Positions 53,747-64,000 of a stretch of 64,000 nt of DNA are shown here, piece after piece. The notes below the pieces were generated by a model. It saw nothing but the letters and a program-made list of their open reading frames with translations, was not told the DNA's origin and made no database searches. Every line of letters begins with the position of its first letter. Positions within the stretch are counted from its first letter, which is position 1. The DNA is taken from assembly GCA_951406725.2 (NCBI GenBank), contig OX597815.1, positions 9,300,001 through 9,364,000 of the forward strand, read 5' to 3'. The translations under genes and the position numbers were made by a program. Origin of the DNA: Octopus vulgaris. Taxonomy: Eukaryota.

Positions 53747-54134
53747 CTAGCAGTATCGCCCGGCGTTGCTCGGGTTTGTAAGGGAAATAACTATATAAGC
53801 ATTTTTAGAGATGTAAAGTATAATAGCCATCTCAATATGGCTAACCACAAAGGGGGTGGTGGTGTTACTGTAGCTTTTTACGTTCTGAGATTTAATAATA
53901 CATTTTTAGAGAGTTACTTCCCTTATATATGCCGAAAATGCATTAAAAATGGGAAAAATTAATGGTAATTATTTTTTTTAATCGTAGACTCATCGTAGAC
54001 GCGCGCTAATACCCAGAAGGGCTCGATATGAATCACGACTATAAGATACCCGCTTTTGGTTAAACTGTGGGAGTAGTTAGGAATCTAAATCGTAGGAGAC
54101 AGACAGCACACAACCTCACTTTTATATATAAAGA
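53747..54134 (-). mobile_element. Helitron H1
   Basis: TC and CTAG termini. Head-to-tail with the next copy. Confidence 0.85.
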
Positions 54135-54515
54135 CTAGCAGTATCGCCCGGCGTTGCTCAGGTTTGTAAGGGAAATAACTATAAAGCATTTTTAGAGAGT
54201 TATAGCCAAAAAATAGCAAAAAAATGAAAAAATGATGGTAAATTTTTTTTTGAGATTTAAAAAAGGTGGAGTTGCGTCCCCTAGACAGTTTGTGGTTCGT
54301 GTTTCTGATTCTCGACCCCATGTCGAATTTATCGATTTTTTTCAGAACTGGGGGAACTTTTCAAAATTTTCGCTGGGTTAGTTTTGAATTATGACATTGG
54401 GCTATGTGTGTGTCAAGTTTCATCAGAATCGGTTGAAAGCCGTGGTCAGAGTGAGGGTACAAGCAAACAGACACACAGAAACACGCACAGACAAACTGCC
54501 GTTTATATAGAGAGA
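54135..54515 (-). mobile_element. Helitron with the H1 3' end and a different 5' region
   Basis: CTAG and hairpin as in H1. 5' end TCTCTCTATATAAACGG. Confidence 0.78.
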
Positions 54516-54587
54516 TATCAATCATTGTGCTGTTAGAATGTAAATAATGATTATAATGCAAATCGCTGCAATATATAAGATATATAC

Positions 54588-54707
54588 AACTTCGTTGAGT
54601 TGTTTGTATATGCACAGCTTGCGTGTAGACTGTCTGTAGATGATGTAAAATATTTGTTCCTTCGTTGATTGCGTAGGTTAGTAGTTCAGTTTCATTTCTG
54701 TGACAGA
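54588..54707 (-). CDS. Unknown secreted protein gene, exon 3 ((L)CHRNETELLTYAINEGTNILHHLQTVYTQAVHIQTTQR...); donor uncertain
   Basis: Very strong acceptor ctttttcctttttttag|. Phase 1 matches exon 2 (C+TC=Leu). Confidence 0.62.
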
Positions 54708-55172
54708 CTAAAAAAAGGAAAAAGCAGAATGAAATAGTAAGACTTCTTGATTCGCTCATGACAAACCATGCTTGAAGTGAGAAAGATAGCTGTTGCATAG
54801 AAGCCTTGCTCTTGATATACACCAAATTTTAAAAAAGAGTGAACGCTTGCAACTGAGTCTGATGCCGAATGACTGAAAGATATTGACTGGTTTCTTGCGT
54901 ATTTATAACTTTGCTAATTTAATTACGTTAACCGAAAACAATAGAATTCTTCGCCATATCAGGTCCAACTGGTGAAGTTTTCAAAAAAAGGTCTGAGAGG
55001 TCAATCCATTCTAATTAATCTCTCAGTGTAGAAAGGCTAAAACAATGGGCCGAGAACTTGTTTGACAAAATGGAAAAATGTGGATTAGCTTTCGAATCTT
55101 AGCTTAAGTATTCTGTAGCTGTTCGTCACATACACACACACGTTTAGATGTGTATAAGTATATGAATATATA

Positions 55173-55249
<77 letters not shown>

Positions 55250-55450
55250 TCCAAACAAGAAAGCTAAAAAAGACACAACAACGGGAGGACGTGGAACAAA
55301 TATAGTATTATTGGACGATCAGGAAAGAAGGAAAGAAAGAGGGTTTAACGTTTCGAGCGGAGCTCTTCGTCGGAAACATAGGAGAGGAAAGATCCAGAGA
55401 AGGGAAGACAGAGGGAAAAACATCGCCAACGGTACACACGAGGTCACATT
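55250..55450 (-). mobile_element. Penelope-like terminal repeat with a hammerhead variant
   Basis: - strand gttt CCGACGA AGAGC tcc GCTC GAAA CG TT aaac. Confidence 0.55.
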
Positions 55451-55570
55451 TTGAAAAAAATATATATATATATATTTATAAATAAGGATAAGATTGTTAA
55501 TCTAAAAATAAAATAAGGATTTTATCAAGTGGTCAGCATGGAAAAAATAACCTTCAAAGGTAATAATTAT

Positions 55571-55907
55571 TAAAATTATAAATTAGGGTATCTACGAGAT
55601 ACCACCATGCTGAAAATAGCAGCCCTGATCTGACTCTAAAATCACCTAAATTGTCCACATATCGACACGGAGAGAACACAAAGAGACATGATGAAACTAG
55701 TAAAAAATTACTGGATAATTCTAGATCCTGGATCAAAGTCAGAAATCCGGGATCTAGAATTATCCAGTAATTTTTTACTAGTTTCATCTTGTCCCTTCGT
55801 TTTCTCTCCGTGTTGATATATAGACAATTAAGGTGGTTTTAGAGTCAGATCATGGTTGCTATTTTCAGCATGGTGGTATCTCGTAGATACCCTAATTTAT
55901 AATTTTA
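55571..55907. repeat. Long fold-back palindrome (~160-bp arms)
   Basis: Arms pair around the centre at ~55734-55745. TA-flanked. Confidence 0.92.
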
Positions 55908-56416
55908 TTATATATATATATTTATTGAAATTTATATATTGCGTAGCATACATGCTACACATGCCCCGTAGTTTTTTAGTGAAATGTTTGTATTGATAAA
56001 GAAAAATGAGAGCGAAGGAAAGGAAAAAAATGCCTCTAATACCAACATTATTTAATAATGCCAATGAGGATAAGTGGATTATGCCGAATGTTTGCGTAAG
56101 AGCTGCAACGGAGAACATAACGCGTTTAAAGATAACGACAAACAATCAATGAACTGGTAGAGCTACATAAAGAACCAGTGTGTATAGTATTTACAAAACT
56201 ACAGTTAATGACGAATGTATGACAGTTTATGTACATGATACATTCTCCCCAAATTCGTTATGCATAACGTTTTTATAGAATCCAACTGTTTGAAAGTGGA
56301 CAAAAAATTTCATAATAATAGTTCAAACATGTTCTTCATAGAGTAGTTCACAATTAGTTATTGCAGTAAAAAAAAAAAAATGACGTTTACACTTTTATGG
56401 GTCCGTGTGAACATAC

Positions 56417-56579
56417 GCGAAGGACAAACGCGTAAGTGTAATCGTATGCTTGTAGAAGTATTGACATGTGTGGAAGAACTTTTGTTATCAGCATGCAGTT
56501 GAAAGAATGTATGTAAATTACTTTTGAGAGTTCGAAATTTGATGAGTCGTGGTTTGCTGTCGTGTTCCTTCCGACGGTG
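56417..56579 (-). CDS. Unknown secreted protein gene, exon 2 (HRRKEHDSKPRLIKFRTLKSNLHTFFQLHADNKSSSTHVNTSTSIRLHLRVCPS)
   Basis: tcttag| acceptor and |gtatgt donor. 163 nt open, phase 0/1, consistent with both neighbours. Confidence 0.65.
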
Positions 56580-56592
56580 CTAAGATTTACAT

Positions 56593-56829
56593 AAGGCGGC
56601 GAGCTGGCAGAATCGTTAGCACGCCGGGCGAAATGCGTAGCAGTATTTCGTCTGTCGTTACGTTCTGAGTTCAAATTCCGCCGAGGTCGACTTTGCCTTT
56701 CATTCTTTCGGGGTCGATAAATTAAGTACCAGTTACGCACTGGGGTCGATATATAATCGACTTAATCCGTTTGTCTGTCCTTGTTTGTCCTCTCTGTGTT
56801 TGGTCCCTTGTGGGTAGTAAAGAAATAGG
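56593..56829 (+). mobile_element. SINE S2 at the exon 2 acceptor
   Basis: 15-bp TSD ctaagatttacataa at 56580-56594 and 56832-56846. Confidence 0.88.
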
Positions 56830-57460
56830 TACTAAGATTTACATAAAACAAAAATTCTTATTGGTTCGATACAACTCATGAGAAACTGAACTCGTTCAAA
56901 ATTAACGATCTGATGACTAAAAAAAGCCAATAAAACACATTCATTTGCTCTCTGCTGCGTTCAATTAAACTGGTCATGTGACAAAGGATATACTAATTAG
57001 AACCAAACTTATTTTGAGATATCTGAGTGACAAGATAACGTGATTCTAAAAGCTGTTAAAAGCCAAGACTAATGAAAGCAACTGAAACCAAGAAGTGTAG
57101 CCACTTATATGCGAGGGATAGTGTTCATGTAATTGTATGTATCCACGTGTATATCTGCCAGTGAGTAAGTGTGTAAGAGAGGTCTCAATAAGTGTTAGTA
57201 ATGAGGTAAGGAAGATAGAATAAGAGCTAGTGAAGAGTTCAGAGTCTATGAAAACGTAACAGGAGTTTATAAATGAGTAAAGGTTATGCTAGAATTTTTT
57301 GGAATTTCAGTAGTAATGTTGGTTTACTGGTAGAAGAACTGAAGTGAAATGGATCCAAACTACAATCGAAATCAAATCTCGTTCTTGATTCGCAAAAGAT
57401 GTTTATCTTTCTGCTACATGACAAACCTTCTACGTGTTTTCTCGACTCATTAAAAATAGT

Positions 57461-57874
57461 AGGCGCAGGAGTGGCTGTGTGGTAAGTAGCTTGCTAACCA
57501 GCCACATGGTTCCGGGTTCAGTCCCACTGCGTGGTATCTTGGGCAAGTGTCTTCTGCTATAGCCCCGGGCCGACCAATGCCTTGTGAGTGGATTGGGTAG
57601 ACGGAAACTGAAAGAAACCCGTCGTATATATGTATATATATATATATGTATGTGTGTTTGTGTGTCTGTGTTTGTCCCCCTAGCATTGCTTGACAACTGA
57701 TGCTGGTGTGTTTACGTCCCCGTCACTTAGCAGTTCGGCAAAAGAGTCCGATAGAATAAGTACTGGGCTTCCAAAGAATAAGTCCCGGGGTCGATTTGCT
57801 CGACTAAAGGCGGTGCTCCAGCATGGCCGCAGTCAAATGACTGAAACAAGTAAAAGAGTAAAGAGTAAGAGAGT
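57461..57874 (+). mobile_element. SINE S3
   Basis: Full-length. Confidence 0.85.
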
Positions 57875-58011
57875 AACCAAATCTTCGAAGTCCAGTCTAT
57901 CACCTTCAAAGCCGACTAAAATGCTCAATAACTTAATCCAGAATATAACAGAATGAAAAAAAATACTCACACAAATATGAAATACCATTTATAAACCGTC
58001 ATATGAATTAT

Positions 58012-59439
58012 TACATGGAAAAATGCAAGCAAGGGAAATAATATTCTTAAGATTATAAACCTGGAAAAGTACAGGACAAGTTATTACACTTGGAAAAGTT
58101 CAGAGCAAGTTATTACACTTGGAAAAGTTCAGAGCAAGTTATTACACTTGGAAAAGTACAGGACAAGTTATTACACTTGGAAAAGTACAGGACAAGTTAT
58201 TACACTTGGAAAAGTACAGGACAAAGTTATTACACTTGGAAAAGTACAGGACAAGTTATTACACTTGGAAAAGTTCAGAGCAAGTTATTACACTTGGAAA
58301 AGTTCAGGACAAGTTATTACACTTGGAAAAGTACAGGACAAGTTATTACACTTGGAAAAGTTCAGAGCAAGTTATTACACTTGGAAAAGTACAGGACAAA
58401 TTATTACACTTGGAAAAGTACAGGACAAGTTATTACACTTGGAAAAGTACAGGACAAATTATTACACTTGGAAAAGTACAGGACAAGTTATTACACTTGG
58501 AAAAGTTCAGAGCAAGTTATTACACTTGGAAAAGTACAGGACAAATTATTACACTTGGAAAAGTACAGGACAAGTTATTACACTTGGAAAAGTTCAGGAC
58601 AAGTTATTACACTTGGAAAAGTACAGGACAAGTTATTACACTTGGAAAAGTTCAGGATAAGTAATTATATCTGGTAAAGTACAGAATAAGAAAATGTTTA
58701 CTTAAAATATTGCAACTAAGGATAAAATTCCAAATAAAATATTTAGATTTAGAAAATAGTAGCTTTTATTAAAACTAAAAGTCATTACTTCTATTTGTTA
58801 ATACTTGTTACTTCTATTAAAAATATTAAAAAAAACTCAATATATTTTTTGCACTTTAAAAAATTCATTTTAAAGATTATTAATTAATAATTAGAAATTT
58901 GAAAACAGGTTATGAAAAATAATAGTAGTACATAATTAGTACATTAAATAGAATAATACAAAAATTAGTTACAAAAATTATATCCCAATAAAATCTAATT
59001 ATAGCAAGAAATTCACAGCAAATTTTGCATGAGTTATTGCCTAAGTTCTTGCCAAGTCTTCACATTTTCAGTCTTGACCTAATGCCTATTTTTGACAAAA
59101 TGAATTTGCCTACCATATATACTATTCTACTTTGCATAAAACTTTAGCTATATTGGTACTTCTGGCTCTCATTTTTTAAGTATTCTAGTGTGTCAATATT
59201 TTAACAAAATGATGGTACTTTTTTATTCATAATGTTACTTTGTAAAGTAAAATAAAATAATTTTTACTATTCAAATTTTATGCTTAGCTGCAATATTTTA
59301 AGTAAACGTTTTCTTGTTCTATACTTTATCAGATGTAATAACTTGTCCTGAACTTTTCCAAGTGTAATAACTTGTCCTGTAATTTTCCAGGTTTATAATC
59401 TTTAGAATATTGTCTCTCTTGCTCGCATTTTTCCATGTG
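58012..59439. mobile_element. Non-autonomous foldback-like DNA transposon (CMC/EnSpm-like ends)
   Basis: Ends [T/C]ACATGGAAAAATGC on both strands with a 2-bp AT TSD. The long TIRs contain 29-bp repeats. Confidence 0.75.
58062..58690. repeat. 29-bp minisatellite (GTTATTACACTTGGAAAAGTACAGGACAA), about 21 copies
   Basis: Period 29. About 2 inverted copies at 59325-59392. Confidence 0.96.
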
Positions 59440-60344
59440 ATCCATGCTTTTCCAGGTTATGCTCTTATGCTAATTGACAATGTGTCAGTTAATAATTTAA
59501 GATTCTACCTTATTGAAAATTGAACAATAAATTTAATTCCATTCACGAAAATACATAAATGAAAATTTTTACGGAATTTACAGAGCGACGTAGGGTAACA
59601 GCTGAGTTGCGTGCACACGCCTTCGAGTTAAAACGAAAGATTGCCAAAATGGCTGGGCTATTGCTAAAATTTCTAAATAATATTTTAACTTTTTCATTTT
59701 TATGATATAATTGCAATAATTAATACAGGTAACGTAATTAAGCTAATTGCAAATTAGCGATGTCGTTGATAATTTTTTTCCTTACCTCAATGATGTCGGT
59801 GACATATATTAAAAGTACCCTTATAGAACTATATTCATAAAAAAGAATATAGAACTATATTATCACCTTCAAATTTGAGAGCTAAAGACTCATAACTTTT
59901 TTTCTTTTCAAACTTTATTGCATGAGATAGATACCTTGAAATTCAGCGAATTGATTTCAATCATTTAAGCTTAATTAAAATATAATTTGTTTTTAAAATA
60001 AAGAAGCTAATTATCCTTAAAATCCAATTTTTTGCCTTATATTTTTCATATTTTACCTCACAACTGTTTTGATACAAAGTTTTGCTGCACGGGATCAAAA
60101 CTATGAAATTCCTCATGCTTTCTTCTATCATTTCTTCTATCATTTATCATTGATAAATATATTTTGCTTTTTTTAAAAAAAAGTTATTTAGATATAAACT
60201 TGATTGGAAGCGTTACTTACTCTCCTACAACGTTGCTACAAATTTTGATGTAAATTTTTTTCTACTGGACCAGATCTCAATTTTTTATACTAAAATGTAG
60301 CTAGGGACCAGTCCTCTTAAAATGTTACCAGTTTCAATTTGGTT

Positions 60345-60434
60345 AAGAACTGAATTAGTGACAAAGCTCTTAAGATACTGCGTGTGAGTAAATTGCAGCC
60401 TTAAGAGCATTATTCAACTATTACCGTTGTTGAA

Positions 60435-60479
<45 letters not shown>

Positions 60480-60799
60480 TATATATATAATGCATATATG
60501 GATGTGTGTTTATAGTTCATGGGCTAAAAGTTACATGGATAGCCTTCACATATTATACATAAATATATTCATATTATTCATGCATATGTAATTGTAAATC
60601 TAAAAATATGTAATTTTTATATATTAGAGAATAACTAAACAATTTTGTGAAAAACTCTTTAATATTTGTCAGTTGAATTTGCATTTATACAAGTTCTGTT
60701 TCTAAGAACTGAATTAGCGACGAAGCTCTGAAGATGCCGCATTTGAGTAAAATATGGCCTTAAGAATATTATTCAACTACAACCGTAGTTGAATGATAC
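60345..60799 (+). repeat. Diverged ~95-bp direct repeat (60345-60439 and 60704-60799), each ending in a short hairpin
   Basis: aagaactgaattag...ttattcaacta...gttgaatgata occurs twice. Confidence 0.7.
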
Positions 60800-62451
60800 C
60801 TTTCACAGTACATAAAAATTAAGACTCCAACTACAATAAAGACAGAAAGCAATGCTTTTTTTGAGGGGAGGAGCAACTTAGTACTTGAGTGATATTTTAT
60901 TTTATCTATCCTGGAAAGGTTGAAAGGTGATGTTAGCCGAGGTGATCTTGAATTCAGAGCTTAAAGAACTAGAAAAAATACTACTAAGCGTTTTGTCTCA
61001 CGGAATAATGATTCCGCCTTATCTACACACCAAGATGTCGCAAATGTGGAAGGCAACTCATTTTTGGATAAAAGCATTCTGACCACAGACCCATCATTCA
61101 TCAGATCGATGCAAAACCGATACATTTTTACAAATACACTTTTACATTGAAAATGTGCAGTGAAACAGAATATCGGTTCGTAGAGTTCACATATTTTCAA
61201 TAAACTGAATATTAATGCATCTGGAAAATAATTCACGGGGCAGTATGAAATATAAAGCCTCCCTCCCTCACCCGAAATAGTCCACCTTGACAACAACGAA
61301 AGAAGAATACTAAAAATGAAAGACTACTATAGCGTACCTGGTGCATAGCAAGGAGACAGTCCTCCCCAGGTGACCCTTTAATGGGAAAGGCACTTCTAGG
61401 TGGGGCTTGAGGCCCGGAGAGTGGGAGCAAACTAAAGGTCTGGTCCAAATGGCACACACTCTAGCTACGTCACTGAAACATTACTTTAATTATGTGTATT
61501 TTTTACAAATCTTACACTCATGAATGAAGCGAACCATTGAACGTCTTCATCATTTCTCGATCAGTTTAAAGAGTAGAGAAACCTCCTTCAAATCAAACAT
61601 TACTGTTTTAATAAAGACCGCTTTAAATAATGTTTTAATAAAGACCGATTTTTGTCAGTGAACAGGTCGCGGTCTCAAAGCGACGAAAATATTTTGACAA
61701 ATTAAACTTAAATGTTGAAGTGAATCGAACGGCTTTTGTGTGTTTCTTAAATGGCTTACAAACACCTTCCACGCTGCAATTGTTTTAAATAATAATGTAG
61801 ATTATTCAGAAAAGAAAAGACCAGATGGTTACAGATGGATCATCTTTGAAACAAGGCTGACCTGGGGGTAACAACAACAAATGTTGACCAAGTCATTCAA
61901 TCCTCTGAATCATTGCGTACATAGTTTTCTTTCTGACCGGTTCCTAAAACTTTAGTTTGTAATTACTACCGCGTTGTTTGTACCCGACATCCTGTTTTAT
62001 TTTCGTGAATAGTGTAGCTATGACTCTATTAAGCAATGTGAGGTCTCTTTTAAGGTCGATGGTTGTGTTTTAAAAACGATTTAGCTCCTATTTCAAGGCA
62101 GAGCGAGCACGTAGAGGTTTCCCTGTTGGTTTTCGTCATACAGTTGTAGCTTTCTTAGTCCCAATACAGCACTGATTGAGTCACAGCTATGGACATCATG
62201 GCTTTTTTTGTATAAAAAGAACTACAATGCAAATTTGGTTTCCTCTTTGCTTTTTTTTAAACGATGAGCTGTAATTTGGGAGGGATATTTCGCTTGTATT
62301 TCTAGCACGTGGCATGACAATGTAGCAGCTCCCGTCATTGGCTCCGATCCAACAGCTTTTCTTCGACAACGTTGCAACACAATAATTGGTAAAAACAGCC
62401 ATGAAGAGAAGATGTGAATTTATAGTAGAAACATCAGAATTTCGAACTTAC

Positions 62452-62628
62452 GATATCGTTGTCTTTCTCAAGGGCATTGAAGACGTTGAGGAGACATGAG
62501 ATAAGAAAAGTACATTGTAATGCCAAAAACGTATGGCAGCCATTCTCCCAAGGATTTGTCAGTATCTGTTGTGTTTGATAAAACAAAGTGGCTTTTCTTC
62601 GAATTCTTTCTTTTATTTTCCACACCAT
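62452..62628 (-). CDS. Unknown secreted protein gene, candidate exon 1 with a hydrophobic signal/anchor segment (...[27 protein letters not shown])
   Basis: ATG at 62628 or an internal acceptor caacag|. ATC|gtaagt phase 0 donor. Confidence 0.55.
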
Positions 62629-62855
62629 TCTACATTAATACACACATAAGTATACACGCACGCTGATATATATACATGCACAACATACATAAATATACAT
62701 TTACAGAGATACATAATCACGCATACACTCACATACACACACATGCACATATATGTATATATATATATATATGTATATGTATATGTATATATATATATGT
62801 ATATATATATATATGTGCATATATATATATGTGTATATATATATATACATACATG

Positions 62856-62904
<49 letters not shown>

Positions 62905-62912
62905 ATATATAT

Positions 62913-63029
<117 letters not shown>

Positions 63030-63399
63030 CATGCATATATACATATGTAATTATGCTTATGTATAAATGCGTTCTGTGTGTGTATGTGTGTTTGTGTGTG
63101 CGCGCACGCGCGTTATACTCTGAATATCTAATAGCAGAAGAATTTAAAATGGCGTTTTATTGATGTGAAATTTAGAAAGTAAAGAAACTAAGAACAGCGA
63201 CAGCAAATAACAACAACAACAGCAACATCAACAACAACAACAAACTAAAAACACTGATAATGATGAAATATTGGCAGGATGAAATAAGAGTAAAGTTTAA
63301 AAGGAAAAAAAAATAAAGAAACCAACGACAGGTAAATGAAAAAGAAACAAAGAAACAAAAATATATATATTAGTAAAAACTTATGTATATACATGCGAG

Positions 63400-64000
63400 T
63401 AGTATGTATGTATGTAGATTGTGTATGTATGTATTACGTATGTACGTATGTATGCATGTATGAATGTATGTATGTATGTATGTATGTATGTATGTATGTA
63501 TGTATGTATGTATGAATGTGTGTATATACGTATGAATGTATGTATGTATGTTATGTATGTATGTATGTATGTATGTAAGTATGTATGTATGTATGTATGT
63601 ATGTATGTATGAATGTATGTATGTATGTATGTATGAATGAATGTATGTATGTATGTATGTATGTATATACGTATGTATGTATGTATGAATGTATGTATGT
63701 ATGTGTGTATGCATGTATGCATGTGTATATATATGTACGTATATACGTATATACGTATGTACATACGTATGTATGTATGTATGAATATATGTATGTATGT
63801 ATGTATGCATGTATGTGTGTATGTATTTATGTATGTATGAATGTATGTATGTATGAATGTATGTATGTATATACGTATGTACGTATGTATGCATGTATGT
63901 ATGTATGTATGTATGTATGTATGTGTGTATGCATGTACGTGTGTATGCATGTATGTATGTACGTATATATGTATGTACGTACGTACGTACGTATGTATGT
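63400..64000. repeat. (ATGT)n microsatellite tract
   Basis: Direct inspection. Similar tracts at 32620, 43780, 47910 and 51820. Confidence 0.97.

Noticed and set aside
58062-58690. 29-bp array as a CRISPR array or a repeat protein
   Set aside because: There are no unique spacers, the period is not a multiple of 3, the context is eukaryotic, and the array is part of a TIR.

Overview
This is AT-rich, microsatellite-laden eukaryotic genomic DNA. The SINE repertoire and repeat landscape suggest a cephalopod (Octopus-like) genome, which is an inference. Almost all ORFs in the supplied track are microsatellite or SINE artefacts. Manual reading found two spliced genes that the ORF track misses. (1) The 3' end of a + strand GH18 chitinase has exons 783-928, 4879-5042 (a TTTQA mucin-like linker) and a terminal exon from 9398, where only an out-of-frame remnant of the CBM14 chitin-binding domain survives. 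(2) A - strand gene of about six exons (62628 to 49967) encodes an unrecognised, probably secreted, N-glycosylated, helix-rich protein with a possible four-helix cytokine fold; one of its junctions is unresolved. The window also holds several families of short non-coding repeats embedded in (TA)n tracts that carry type I hammerhead ribozymes. These include a 476-nt tandem unit with an inverted third copy (18504-19717) and a 427-nt unit with a 46-bp terminal redundancy (45392-45864), which look like retrozyme or Penelope-like RNA elements, plus related fold-back palindromes. The rest is transposon debris: about 11 non-autonomous Helitrons, four tRNA-SINE families, decayed hAT, Tc1, RTE, CR1/L2 and L1/Tx1-like elements, MITEs, and a foldback element with a 29-bp minisatellite in its TIRs. 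Coordinates were counted by hand, and repeat boundaries are approximate.
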